Positions 1 to 9,959 of a stretch of DNA of 52,758 bases are shown here, one piece after another. The notes under the pieces are model-generated. The model was given only the letters and a program-made list of their open reading frames with translations. It ran no database searches and was not told the origin of the DNA. A program made the translations under genes and the position numbers. Source of the DNA: a virus (Duplodnaviria; Caudoviricetes); IMG/VR virus record IMGVR_UViG_3300020394_000115, positions 1-52,758 of that record. One strand, 5' to 3'. Each line of letters starts with the position of its first letter. Within the stretch, counting starts at the first letter, position 1.

Positions 1-279
1 CATGGTAATCAATTTCAAGCAGAGGAAGGTAGTAATGATGATTTGGTTATGTGTCTGGTGTTATTTTCATGGGCAACTGACCAAAGATATTTTAAAGAAT
101 TAACAGACCAAGATGTTAGAAAAAGAATGTATGCTGATAATCAAGATAGAATTGAGCAAGACATGACACCATTTGGATTTATAGTAGATGGTAATAATGA
201 TGAAATAGGAGAAACAGTAGATGAGTATGGAACAAGATGGTCACCCGTCACAATCAGAGACAAAGACACCGATTGGTAA
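1..279 (+). CDS. gp17: Terminase large subunit gp17, C-terminal part (5' truncated by window)
   Basis: Frame 1 is open from base 1: HGNQFQAEEGSNDDLVMCLVLFSWATDQRYFKEL, matching the gp17 nuclease-domain end (xDDLVM); upstream of gp18. Confidence 0.9.
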   Translation, partial: HGNQFQAEEGSNDDLVMCLVLFSWATDQRYFKELTDQDVRKRMYADNQDRIEQDMTPFGFIVDGNNDEIGETVDEYGTRWSPVTIRDKDTDW

Positions 280-775
280 TTATTTTAGATACAATTGGAA
301 ACCCGATTATAGTAAGTTTAAATATTCGGGTTGGCAACTACTAGATAAGATAGATAAAAACGCACACATACTAGATATAGGATGTGGCTATAATTTACTT
401 AAACCACACTTTCCAAATTTATATGGAATAGACCCATATAATAGCGATGCAGATCAAGAGATTGCATTTGAGGATTACAAACCACATAAAAATTTTGATG
501 TTTATTTAGCGTTAGGAAGTTTAAACTTTGGAGATGAAAAAACAGTTGACAAACAAATAGAACATCTGTATAATATCACTAAAAAAAATGATATAATTTA
601 TTGGAGGCAAAACCCTGGGTTAAGCGATCATCCTTGGCAAGGTGTAGAGGAGATTGTATTTTTTCCATGGTCAGAAATATATAATCAATATTTTTGTAAT
701 AAGTATGATTTTGAATTGAAAGACTTAAAACATGATAGTGGTAATAGATTATACGCAGAGTGGATACGTAAATAA
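221..775 (+). CDS. Class I SAM-dependent methyltransferase-like protein
   Basis: ILDIGCG motif I, GIDP, FDVYLALGSLNF; start uncertain (221 or 227), overlaps end of gp17. Confidence 0.7.
   Translation: MSMEQDGHPSQSETKTPIGNYFRYNWKPDYSKFKYSGWQLLDKIDKNAHILDIGCGYNLLKPHFPNLYGIDPYNSDADQEIAFEDYKPHKNFDVYLALGSLNFGDEKTVDKQIEHLYNITKKNDIIYWRQNPGLSDHPWQGVEEIVFFPWSEIYNQYFCNKYDFELKDLKHDSGNRLYAEWIRK
546..574 (+). promoter_or_regulatory. Sigma70-type early promoter inside the methyltransferase gene, upstream of tctA
   Basis: TTGACA(546-551)-17 nt-TATAAT(569-574), exact consensus. Confidence 0.65.
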
Positions 776-2215
776 GTGGAAATAATATTTTTGTTATTAG
801 GAATCCTTTACGGATTAATAGTTGGTTTAGTTCCAGCCGCAGGTGCAACGACTGGGTTAATAACTCTATTTGGATTTATGCCATATTTTGCATCTGACCC
901 ATATCTTGGTGTTATCTTTTGTGTTGCTGTTGTTGCATCCTCTACTACTGGTGACTCTTTTAGTGGAGTGTTGTTAGGAATACCAGGTGCAAACTCAGCT
1001 GCCGCAACAATGGTTGATGGATTTCCTATGGCACAAAACGGAGAAGCATCTAGAGCTTTATCTGCTGCAATAACATCATCAACTTTAAATGGATTATTCT
1101 TTGGTTCATTAACATTTTTATTTTTACCATACTATACAAACATTGTAATGTACATGGGTATACCAGAACTATGGGCGTTAGTTGTACTCGCATTTGTAAC
1201 CGTTGGATTTGTTTCTACAAAAAATTATGTTAGAAGTATTATAGCAATTGTACTTGGTGTTACATTAGGACTTGTAGGCGTGGATGCAAACAACGTACCT
1301 AGATTTACTTTAGGATGGCAATATCTAGAGGATGGTATTCAGATACTTCCTTTTGTTGCAGGTCTATTTGCTATACCAGAATTATATTCAAGTTGGAAAA
1401 AAGGTAGTGCAACCAACGAAGTAGAATATATGTATAGTGGAACGTGGAAACAAGTTAGACAAGGTATCGTAGATGTATTTAAATTTTGGAAAGATAGTTT
1501 ACGTGGAGGTGTTATAGGTTCTTTCATAGGATTACTACCAGGTCTTGGTGGGGCAATGGCAGATTGGATGGCATATGGTTCAACTGTTGCATCTAACCCA
1601 AACGAAAAATTTGGTATAGGAAATGTAAAAGGTGTTGTTGGTGCTGAAGGTGCAAACAATTCACAAAAAGCATCTTCATTTATACCAACAGTATTATTTG
1701 GAATACCTGGCGCTCCATTTGCAGCTATCTTAATGGGATTGTTTTTATACATTGGAATAGACTTAGGTTCACCAGAAACTTTTTATGACAATAAGTTATT
1801 TGATAGTATGGCGTTTGCGTTTCTATTAGGAACTTTAATTACAGCATTGATTTGTTATATACTAGCATATTACTCTTCATATCTTGCAAAATTACCATAC
1901 AAATATTATTTTCCATTTATACTAATAGTAATTGTATGGGCAACTTTACAATATACTGGTGGATGGGAAGACATAGCAGTTTTAACAATTTTTAGTATCG
2001 TAGGTATCATTGCAAAGAAATATAAATTTAGCAGACCTGCTTTACTAATTGGTTTTTTGTTAAGTGATAGAATTTATTCTTTAACTTATCAATTAACAAC
2101 ACTACATACAATACATGATTTGATAACCAGACCAATATTCATATTCATTGTATTGTCAATAATTGCAATCTTATATTGGTCACTCACAAAAAGGAGTAAA
2201 TTAGACTATGCTTAG
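776..2215 (+). CDS. tctA: Tripartite tricarboxylate transporter large permease (TctA family)
   Basis: Highly hydrophobic; TctA signatures LLGIPGANSAAATMVDGFPMAQNG, GLLPGLGG, GVVGAEGANN, GIPG; GTG start. Confidence 0.88.
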   Translation: MEIIFLLLGILYGLIVGLVPAAGATTGLITLFGFMPYFASDPYLGVIFCVAVVASSTTGDSFSGVLLGIPGANSAAATMVDGFPMAQNGEASRALSAAITSSTLNGLFFGSLTFLFLPYYTNIVMYMGIPELWALVVLAFVTVGFVSTKNYVRSIIAIVLGVTLGLVGVDANNVPRFTLGWQYLEDGIQILPFVAGLFAIPELYSSWKKGSATNEVEYMYSGTWKQVRQGIVDVFKFWKDSLRGGVIGSFIGLLPGLGGAMADWMAYGSTVASNPNEKFGIGNVKGVVGAEGANNSQKASSFIPTVLFGIPGAPFAAILMGLFLYIGIDLGSPETFYDNKLFDSMAFAFLLGTLITALICYILAYYSSYLAKLPYKYYFPFILIVIVWATLQYTGGWEDIAVLTIFSIVGIIAKKYKFSRPALLIGFLLSDRIYSLTYQLTTLHTIHDLITRPIFIFIVLSIIAILYWSLTKRSKLDYA

Positions 2216-3245
2216 AATATTGTTTGCATTGATTTTAATGACATCTGTTGCAAAAGCAGATTATACATTAGTTGTACCGCAAAAACCCTCAGGTGGTACA
2301 TCTGTTTGGTCACAAATTGTTGTGGCAGAGTGGGAAAAACATTTAGGTGAGAAGATTATTCTTAAATACTTACCTGGCGCCAGAGATCAAATGGGCCCAA
2401 ATCAATTTCAAAATGAATTTAGATTTGACGATAAAACAATTCTAGTATCACATGGTGGTAACGGAATATCTTATCTGATTGAACCAGTTGAATATAATTA
2501 TTTTGATTGGGATTCTATTGGACACATGAATCTTAATATTATTGTTGGGGCAGATGATACCATTGCAAATGGTCATGTTAAATTTTCTGCCGGTTCAGGT
2601 ATGATACCTGAAATTATGGCAATCACTATGTTAATGGGTGGACCAGATATGGACCCCTATGAAGCTTTTAACAAATACATAACTTTTGTAAAAGGAATGA
2701 GTGGGTCAGAGAGAAGACTTGCATTTAGGCGTGGAGACTTAAACGCAACTAGAGAAAACCCAGCTGCATATAAAAAACACGTAATGCCTTTAATAGAAAA
2801 AGGAGTTGCAGAGACATGGTTTCATCATGGAATATTAGATGTAGAATCTGGTAAACATATTGATGACCCTAATTTTACAGAACCAACATTCGAAAAATTA
2901 TACACATATACATATGGAGTTGAACCAAGTGGTGATTTCTATGATGCATATAAACTTGTTAAGTCATGGAGAGACTCTTTACAAAAAGCGTTTTGGGTTA
3001 ATAAAAACAATCCTAACAAACAAAAGTTAATTGATGCATTAAATAAAATGATTGCAGACCCAGAATCTGTGGCTGCGATTGAAAAGAAAGTTGGAAAGTA
3101 TGAGTGGCGAGTAGGAGAAGATGGTAATGATACTGTTAAAATACTAAAGTCATTTATCACACCAGAAGCACTAAAAACATTAGTTGACTTTACTAATATT
3201 GAACTTGGATATAACACGGTGTACAAAGAAGACCTTACCAAGTAA
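2208..3245 (+). CDS. TTT periplasmic substrate-binding protein (TctC/Bug-like)
   Basis: Signal peptide ending AKA, LVVPQKPSGGTS resembling the Bug/TctC VPxxxGGxxD motif, YLPGA; adjacent to tctA. Confidence 0.72.
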   Translation: MLRILFALILMTSVAKADYTLVVPQKPSGGTSVWSQIVVAEWEKHLGEKIILKYLPGARDQMGPNQFQNEFRFDDKTILVSHGGNGISYLIEPVEYNYFDWDSIGHMNLNIIVGADDTIANGHVKFSAGSGMIPEIMAITMLMGGPDMDPYEAFNKYITFVKGMSGSERRLAFRRGDLNATRENPAAYKKHVMPLIEKGVAETWFHHGILDVESGKHIDDPNFTEPTFEKLYTYTYGVEPSGDFYDAYKLVKSWRDSLQKAFWVNKNNPNKQKLIDALNKMIADPESVAAIEKKVGKYEWRVGEDGNDTVKILKSFITPEALKTLVDFTNIELGYNTVYKEDLTK

Positions 3246-3817
3246 TGTCATATATTCTGTTTACAGGGGCACCCGGTTCTAAGTGGTCTGGTGTGGCCAG
3301 AGATATCTATAAATCAAAAGATATAGATCAATCTGACTACAAAAGAAATCGGGTGTACAAAAATAAAAAAGTAAAACATGTTGGTTCTTACTTTGACCCT
3401 GGTATGGAATTTGGACCTCAAAGAGAGGAGTGGGATAAACCTTTTTCTGGCAAAGGAAAAAGAATAATAAAATCCCACACCTTTTCTTATGATCTTGATA
3501 ATTTAAAAGAACATGGATATCCCATAGTATTTGTTCATAGACCAGATTATGAGTGTTATAAATGGTGGCAACAGGCAGGTGGATTTGATATAAAATACCC
3601 AAGTTATCAATGGTATGAAGATTTAGAAGGTATGTGGTGGCACATACAAGAACAAAATAGAGAAATTATGGATTTTATTAAAAACAATGAAAGGAATATA
3701 ACAACACTAGAGGATAATTTCGATTTATTAGAAATACTTAAAATATCAGAACCTGAAGATTTTTCATATAGACTATACAGTAATGAAGATATTAAAGTTT
3801 ATGTGTGGTTAAAGTAA
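3245..3817 (+). CDS. P-loop / sulfotransferase-fold-like hypothetical protein
   Basis: N-terminal FTGAPGSKWS, IIKSH and IVFVHRP resemble sulfotransferase-family motifs; TAATG coupling to tctC. Confidence 0.5.
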   Translation: MSYILFTGAPGSKWSGVARDIYKSKDIDQSDYKRNRVYKNKKVKHVGSYFDPGMEFGPQREEWDKPFSGKGKRIIKSHTFSYDLDNLKEHGYPIVFVHRPDYECYKWWQQAGGFDIKYPSYQWYEDLEGMWWHIQEQNREIMDFIKNNERNITTLEDNFDLLEILKISEPEDFSYRLYSNEDIKVYVWLK

Positions 3818-4108
3818 CTCAATAAGATCATTATCAAGTTTAATCCAACAATTATGACATATAATTTTAGAACTATCAATTAAATTAAGTATCTCTTGTC
3901 TACCTGCACCATTAACCCCTTTTATTTTAGACAACTTACGTATATTGGAGTCATGAGGATGAAATTTTAGACATATTGTTTCACTCTCACCACAATTTTG
4001 ACAAGACTTATCAGATAAATGATTATTTAGCCAAGATACACGTTTGTTATAGTGTCTTCTTGCCACTTTCTTGATAGTCTCTTTGTATTTTTCATAATGA
4101 GATTGCAT
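3809..4108 (-). CDS. Small HNH-like zinc-binding endonuclease
   Basis: CQNC...LKFHPHD...CHNC pattern; only convincing minus-strand gene, with its own late promoter. Confidence 0.72.
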   Translation of the reverse strand: MQSHYEKYKETIKKVARRHYNKRVSWLNNHLSDKSCQNCGESETICLKFHPHDSNIRKLSKIKGVNGAGRQEILNLIDSSKIICHNCWIKLDNDLIELL

Positions 4109-4115
4109 AATGCAC

Positions 4116-4123
4116 TATTTATA
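4116..4123 (-). promoter_or_regulatory. T4-type late promoter for the HNH gene
   Basis: + strand TATTTATA = TATAAATA on minus strand, 7 nt before the ATG at 4108. Confidence 0.7.
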
Positions 4124-4166
4124 TCTGGTCGGTCTATAAAAAACAGGGTTTAGAAAATTAAATATC

Positions 4167-4174
4167 TATAAATA
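4167..4174 (+). promoter_or_regulatory. T4-type late promoter (gp18)
   Basis: TATAAATA, followed by AAGGAG RBS before 4223. Confidence 0.85.
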
Positions 4175-4222
4175 CAGATATAAAATAGAATGTAATAGCT
4201 ATACATCAAAAGGAGAACAACA

Positions 4223-6232
4223 ATGGCATTTTTAGTCTCACCTGGCGTTCAGGTAAAAGAAGTTGACTTAACAAATGTGGTACCAGCAGTAGCGACATCA
4301 ATCGGTGCAATCGCTGGAGCATTTGAAAAAGGCCCTGTTTCATCTGTAACAACTATAACGTCTGAAGAAGACTTAATTAAGAATTTTGGCAAACCAAACT
4401 CATCAAACTTCGAGAACTGGTATTGCGCTGCGAACTTCCTACAATACACTAACAACTTGCAAGTAGTAAGAGCAGAAAGTGGAATAGTAAACGCAGTTGC
4501 TTCAGGAACAGCAATACTAATTAGAGATACAGATCACTATCTAGGCTCATTCTCTGCTGGAGAAGCGAGTGTTGGTGAGTGGGCTGCAAGAACAGCTGGA
4601 ACACACGGTAACTCAATAGGAGTTTCTATTTGTGCAACAGCAACAGCATACGAACAAGTATTATCATCAGGTAACTTAACAGTTACGGAAGATGCAGTAG
4701 GTTCTACATCAATTGCAGTAGATGATATCGATTTATCAAACAATGTTATCAACGTAGGTGACATCGTATCTTTCTTTACAGACTCAGCAGGTACAACACC
4801 TGTAACTGGTGAAGACGGAAAACAATATGAAGTAACAGCAGTAAATACTTCAACTAACGTAATGACAATCAAAAGATTAGACGACCCTAACGGCGGTGGA
4901 GTTCATAACATTATACCTGATAACTCTTTTATCAAAAGACGTTGGAGATTTTATGACAGATTTGACGGAGCCCCTGGCACATCTGCATGGTCAACAGCAA
5001 ACGCAAGAGGAACAGGTGACGAAATCCACGTTGTAGTTTACGATAGAACTGGTGATATCACTGGTGCAGCTGTAGATGTAAATGGTGAAAGACAAAATGC
5101 AATTATCGAAACTTTTGCAAACATGTCTAAAAACCCTAACGCAAAAACAGCTCAAGGTTCTACAAACTACTATCCAAATGTAATTTACAATCAATCACAA
5201 TTCGTATATTGGATGGACCATAATTCATCTGGTTCGAATTGGGGAACTGACACAACATCAGCATATACAGCTGTCGATACACCAACTGCTACAAACTTAT
5301 CTGGTGGAACAGACGATTACTCACTAACAAATGGTGAGTTAAGACTTGCATATGATAAATTTGCTGATACAGAGTCATTAGACATTAACTTAGTAATTGG
5401 TGGTTCATCTTCAATAGCTGCAGATACAGCATCAAACATGGATACACACGTTACTATGATTACTGATCTGGTTGAAAAAAGACGAGACTGTGTAGCATTT
5501 GTATCACCATACAGAGCTGCAACAGTTAACATTGCGAACACTACTACACAAACTGAAAACGTAAAAACTGGCTTTGATGCATGTCCTAGTTCATCTTACG
5601 TAGTGTTTGATAGTGGATACAAATACATGTATGACAAATACAATGATGTTTACAGATTTGTACCATTAAATGGTGACATTGCTGGTCTTTGTGCATTTAC
5701 AGATAGAATAGCAGATAGTTTCTTTTCACCTGCTGGATTTAACAGAGGTAACATAAGAGGCGCAATCAAATTATCATACAACCCTAACAATGCTGAAAGA
5801 GATATACTTTACAGAGCAAGAGTTAACCCAGTTGTTAACTTCCCAGGTCAAGGTGTTGTATTGTTTGGTGACAAAACTGCATTAACTAAACCAAGTGCTT
5901 TTGATAGAATTAACGTAAGAAGATTATTCTTGTTAATGGAAAAAGCAATCGCAACAGCAGCTAAATTCCAACTCTTTGAATTCAACGATGAATTTACAAG
6001 AGCACAATTTAGAAACTTAGTTGAGCCATTCCTAAGAGACATACAAGGTCGAAGAGGAATATCTGACTTCTCAGTTGTTGCAGACGCTTCAAACAATACT
6101 GGCGAAGTAATTGACAGAAATGAGTTTGTCGCAGACATCTTTGTCAAACCTGCAAGAGCTATTAACTTTATTACATTATCGTTCATAGCAACTAGAACAG
6201 GTGTAGCGTTTACCGAAGTAGGAGGAGCGTAA
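4223..6232 (+). CDS. gp18: Tail sheath protein gp18
   Basis: MAFLVSPGVQVKEVDLT start, FSPAGFNRG, AFDRINVRRLF, FEFNDEFTR. Confidence 0.97.
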   Translation: MAFLVSPGVQVKEVDLTNVVPAVATSIGAIAGAFEKGPVSSVTTITSEEDLIKNFGKPNSSNFENWYCAANFLQYTNNLQVVRAESGIVNAVASGTAILIRDTDHYLGSFSAGEASVGEWAARTAGTHGNSIGVSICATATAYEQVLSSGNLTVTEDAVGSTSIAVDDIDLSNNVINVGDIVSFFTDSAGTTPVTGEDGKQYEVTAVNTSTNVMTIKRLDDPNGGGVHNIIPDNSFIKRRWRFYDRFDGAPGTSAWSTANARGTGDEIHVVVYDRTGDITGAAVDVNGERQNAIIETFANMSKNPNAKTAQGSTNYYPNVIYNQSQFVYWMDHNSSGSNWGTDTTSAYTAVDTPTATNLSGGTDDYSLTNGELRLAYDKFADTESLDINLVIGGSSSIAADTASNMDTHVTMITDLVEKRRDCVAFVSPYRAATVNIANTTTQTENVKTGFDACPSSSYVVFDSGYKYMYDKYNDVYRFVPLNGDIAGLCAFTDRIADSFFSPAGFNRGNIRGAIKLSYNPNNAERDILYRARVNPVVNFPGQGVVLFGDKTALTKPSAFDRINVRRLFLLMEKAIATAAKFQLFEFNDEFTRAQFRNLVEPFLRDIQGRRGISDFSVVADASNNTGEVIDRNEFVADIFVKPARAINFITLSFIATRTGVAFTEVGGA

Positions 6233-6233
6233 G

Positions 6234-6764
6234 ATGGCAAAAATAGACGATTTTAAAGCAAACCTAATTGGTGGAGGTGCAAGACCCAATCAGTTTAGAG
6301 TAACTATTACACCACCACCAGGTATCGCAATCGGATTAGATGTAAGAAGAAGTTCATTCTTAGCAAAGGCTTCAAACTTACCAGGTCAAACACTTGGTGA
6401 GATACCTATACCTTTCAGAGGTAGAAATATCTACATCGCTGGAGACAGAGAGTTTGATACTTGGTCAACAATCTTTATCAATGATACAGACTTCATGGTA
6501 AGAAATGCAATAGAGCGTTGGATGAATGGTATCAATGACATGGTTGAAAACACAGGTGTTTCATCACCAGCAGAATATCAAGCTGACTTGTTTGTTGAAC
6601 AACTAGATAGAGATGACACTATTCTTAAAACTTACATTATGAGAAATGCGTATCCGTTATCAACACCACAGATCGAAGTGGCTGCTGATTCAACGAATAC
6701 CATTGAAGAGTTTGAGGTGACATGGAGATATCAACACTTTGAATCAAGTGGCGTTAACTTCTAA
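6234..6764 (+). CDS. gp19: Tail tube protein gp19
   Basis: GGARPNQF, IPFRGR..IAGDREF, EEFEVTW; follows gp18. Confidence 0.95.
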   Translation: MAKIDDFKANLIGGGARPNQFRVTITPPPGIAIGLDVRRSSFLAKASNLPGQTLGEIPIPFRGRNIYIAGDREFDTWSTIFINDTDFMVRNAIERWMNGINDMVENTGVSSPAEYQADLFVEQLDRDDTILKTYIMRNAYPLSTPQIEVAADSTNTIEEFEVTWRYQHFESSGVNF

Positions 6765-6772
6765 TTTACCTA

Positions 6773-6780
6773 CATAAATA
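6773..6780 (+). promoter_or_regulatory. Late promoter variant (gp20)
   Basis: CATAAATA intergenic, AGGAG RBS downstream. Confidence 0.65.
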
Positions 6781-6802
6781 CATAAGAACGTAGGAGTACA
6801 TT

Positions 6803-8392
6803 ATGGCAGAGCTATTCGGATTTAAATTCGAAAGAATAAAAGATACAGAAAGTCAAGAAAAGTTTACCCAAAAATCGCCTGACGATGGTACGGTTGAAGT
6901 CGCAGGCGGTGGGCACTTTGCTCAAGTTCTAGATCAAGACGGAAGAGATAGAAACGAGAATGATCTCGTAAGAAGATATCGAGATATTGCACAACAACCA
7001 GAATGTGATAGTGCAATTGAAGATATCATGAATGAGGCAATCGTTGCTAACGAAAGAGATCAATCAGTATCAATCATAACTGATAACTTACCACACACAA
7101 AAAGAATTAAAGATAGAATTAGAGAAGAGTTTGATAGTGTTTTAAAACTATTAGACTTTGATACAAAAGGACCAGATATTTTTAGACGTTGGTATGTGGA
7201 TGGTAGAATATATTATCACAAAGTAATTGACACTAAAAATCCTAGAATGGGTATTCAAGAAGTTAGATACATTGACCCAAGACAAATCAAAAAAGTAAGA
7301 GAAATTAAAAAACAACCTAAAGCAGTAGGACCAGATGTAATTAAAAAACAAGAAGAGTATTACATTTACAACGCAAAAGGTAATTATACTGGTACTGGTT
7401 CTAGTAATATGATTGGTGTAAGACTATCACCAGACTCAGTAACTTACTGTCCATCTGGTTTAATTGATGCAAATAGAAATATGGTTTTATCATATTTGCA
7501 CAAAGCAATTAAACCTGTCAATCAATTAAGAATGATTGAAGATAGTCTTGTTATTTACAGAATATCAAGAGCACCAGAAAGAAGAATTTTTTATATCGAT
7601 GTAGGTAACTTACCAAAAGTAAAAGCAGAGCAATACTTAAAAGATGTAATGCAAAGATATCGAAACAAATTAGTTTACGATGCAAAGACAGGTGAAATAA
7701 GAGACGATAGAAATCACATGTCAATGTTAGAAGACTTTTGGTTACCAAGAAGAGAAGGTGGTAGAGGTACAGAGATTACAACTTTACCAGGTGGAAGTAA
7801 CTTAGGTGAGATAGAAGATATAACTTATTTCCAAAGAAAATTATATCGTTCTTTAAATGTTCCTATTTCTAGATTAGAAGCTGAACAAAACTTTTCTTTA
7901 GGTAGATCAACAGAAATTACAAGAGATGAATTAAAGTTTACTAAGTTTGTACAAAAAATTAGAAAAAAATTCACGCCACTATTTAATGACATGCTTAAAA
8001 CTCAGTTAGTTTTAAAAGGTGTTATTAATGTAGAAGAGTGGCCAGATATGAGAGAACATATTAGTTATGATTTCTTACAAGATAATAACTTTGCAGAATT
8101 AAAAAATGCAGAGTTACTAAGAGAGAAGATAGATCAACTTGGTGCAATCGAGGGATTTGTAGGAACATTCTTTAGTAAGAAATGGGTACAACAAAACGTT
8201 CTTAAATTTACAGAATTTGAAATAGAAGAAATGAAAAAACAAATTAATATTGAGGCAGGTATACCACCAGAAGAAGGTGGAGTTAATTTACCACCAAATG
8301 ATGGTGTAACAAATGAACCATTACAAGGTGTAGAACAACCACCTCAAGAACAACCACCAGAAGATGATATAGGAGATGAACAAGATGTCTAG
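6803..8392 (+). CDS. gp20: Portal protein gp20
   Basis: YRISRAPERRIFYIDVGNLPKVKAEQY, MLEDFWLPRREGGRGTEITTLPGG. Confidence 0.98.
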   Translation: MAELFGFKFERIKDTESQEKFTQKSPDDGTVEVAGGGHFAQVLDQDGRDRNENDLVRRYRDIAQQPECDSAIEDIMNEAIVANERDQSVSIITDNLPHTKRIKDRIREEFDSVLKLLDFDTKGPDIFRRWYVDGRIYYHKVIDTKNPRMGIQEVRYIDPRQIKKVREIKKQPKAVGPDVIKKQEEYYIYNAKGNYTGTGSSNMIGVRLSPDSVTYCPSGLIDANRNMVLSYLHKAIKPVNQLRMIEDSLVIYRISRAPERRIFYIDVGNLPKVKAEQYLKDVMQRYRNKLVYDAKTGEIRDDRNHMSMLEDFWLPRREGGRGTEITTLPGGSNLGEIEDITYFQRKLYRSLNVPISRLEAEQNFSLGRSTEITRDELKFTKFVQKIRKKFTPLFNDMLKTQLVLKGVINVEEWPDMREHISYDFLQDNNFAELKNAELLREKIDQLGAIEGFVGTFFSKKWVQQNVLKFTEFEIEEMKKQINIEAGIPPEEGGVNLPPNDGVTNEPLQGVEQPPQEQPPEDDIGDEQDV

Positions 8393-8579
8393 TGATAAAA
8401 TAGTTGACGCATTAGTTAATAATTCAAACTTAGATGCTGAAGATGCATTTAAAGAAACTATGAAAGATAAAGTAGCAATGGCGATTGATGATAAAAAACA
8501 AGAAATTGCTAAAGGATTTGTGAGAGATCACATACCTGAAACAGAACCAGAAGCGCCTGTTACCCAAGAAGAAGAATAA
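8385..8579 (+). CDS. Prohead core protein gp67-like
   Basis: Small acidic protein directly after the portal; AGGAG RBS at 8371-8375 favours ATG 8385. Confidence 0.6.
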   Translation: MSSDKIVDALVNNSNLDAEDAFKETMKDKVAMAIDDKKQEIAKGFVRDHIPETEPEAPVTQEEE

Positions 8580-8583
8580 AAAA

Positions 8584-8832
8584 ATGAAATTTGAAGAGTT
8601 ATATACGTCTACCTTTGAGGCTGACGAACACAAAAGAACTAAAGAATATCGTAAATTATCGCCAAAAATGAAGAAAGCGGTAGACGATATTTTTAAAAAA
8701 ATGGACGCAAAACCTTCAAATTTCCTAAATACTTTTGAAAAGACAATATCCGATGTCGCTAAGAAGTATAAAGTCAAAGAAAAAGACTTATTACAATATT
8801 TCGAAAAAGAGGCAATTGGATTATTAAAGTAA
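8584..8832 (+). CDS. Hypothetical head-associated protein (gp68 region)
   Basis: Between gp67-like and gp21; N-terminus MKFEELYTSTFEA resembles a capsid-targeting leader. Confidence 0.55.
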   Translation: MKFEELYTSTFEADEHKRTKEYRKLSPKMKKAVDDIFKKMDAKPSNFLNTFEKTISDVAKKYKVKEKDLLQYFEKEAIGLLK

Positions 8833-8841
8833 GGAACAAAA

Positions 8842-9222
8842 ATGGCAGTAGTACTACAAACATTGGTAGATTCGGATTTTGAACATGTTGTTAAAATAAC
8901 AACTACTGGTACAAACTCAGCCGCAACAGTTGTCGATGCATCAGGTTTAACTGGTCACGACTCTGGTCCAAAACTATCAATTGTTGCGTGTCAATGGTCA
9001 GTAGGTTCACAAACAGATATTTTATTTGATGCAACTTCAAATGTCGTTGCATTATCTTTAAATGGTAATGGAGCATTTAATACATCACAATCATTACCAA
9101 CAATCAAAAACAACGCTGGTTCAGGTGTAACTGGTGATATTTTATTAACAAACTCAAGCGCATCCGTTGGTTTTATTATTTTAAAACTAAAGAAAACAGA
9201 CGGATATGATAACTTAGATTAA
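8842..9222 (+). CDS. Hypothetical virion structural protein
   Basis: AAGGA RBS; beta-rich Ser/Thr/Gly composition; inside the head operon. Confidence 0.6.
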   Translation: MAVVLQTLVDSDFEHVVKITTTGTNSAATVVDASGLTGHDSGPKLSIVACQWSVGSQTDILFDATSNVVALSLNGNGAFNTSQSLPTIKNNAGSGVTGDILLTNSSASVGFIILKLKKTDGYDNLD

Positions 9223-9226
9223 AGAT

Positions 9227-9895
9227 ATGACAAACGCAGTTAAACTAATAACAGAAGCTACGGATTTTTCTCAAAACAATTACCTAATTGAAGAAAAGAA
9301 TGGTAAAAAAGAGTATAAAATCAAGGGTATCTTTATGCAATCTAACATCAAAAATAGAAACGGAAGAGTATATCCTAAAGAAGTTTTGATGAAAGAGGTT
9401 GCAAATTATAACAAAGAATACATCCAAAAGAACCGAGCATTCGGTGAACTTGGTCACCCAGAAGGCCCAACGGTTAATTTAGACAGAGTATCACACATGA
9501 TAACTGAACTAAAACCAGAGGGTGATAACTTCATAGGAGAAGCAAAGATTATGTCGACTCCAATGGGTGAAATCGTTAAAAACCTTATGGACGAGGGTGC
9601 AACTCTCGGTGTATCATCAAGGGGTATGGGAAGTTTAGACCAAAGAGGCGGTGCTAACTATGTGAGAAGCGACTTCAAACTGGCAACAGCCGGTGATATC
9701 GTGGCAGACCCGTCTGCTCCAAACGCTTTCGTAGAGGGAATTATGGAAGGTAAAGAGTGGGTATGGGACCATGGTAACTTAGTCGAGGCGGAAGTCTTTA
9801 ATATGAGACAAAGAATTGAGAAAAGAACTCGATTAAGAGAAGATAAATTGAAGGCACTTGAATTTGCAAGATTCATGAAATTAATGAGTAAATAG
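9227..9895 (+). CDS. gp21: Prohead protease gp21
   Basis: NRNGRVYP, GELGHP, GVSSRGMGSL, DIVADPSAPNAFV. Confidence 0.97.
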   Translation: MTNAVKLITEATDFSQNNYLIEEKNGKKEYKIKGIFMQSNIKNRNGRVYPKEVLMKEVANYNKEYIQKNRAFGELGHPEGPTVNLDRVSHMITELKPEGDNFIGEAKIMSTPMGEIVKNLMDEGATLGVSSRGMGSLDQRGGANYVRSDFKLATAGDIVADPSAPNAFVEGIMEGKEWVWDHGNLVEAEVFNMRQRIEKRTRLREDKLKALEFARFMKLMSK

Positions 9896-9915
9896 TAGTT
9901 AAAAGTGCCAAGTTT

Positions 9916-9923
9916 TATAAATA
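9916..9923 (+). promoter_or_regulatory. Late promoter (gp22)
   Basis: TATAAATA; second variant ACTAAATA at 9929-9936. Confidence 0.8.
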
Positions 9924-9959
9924 ATAGTACTAAATAAAAAATAAAAGGAGAACGTTCCA

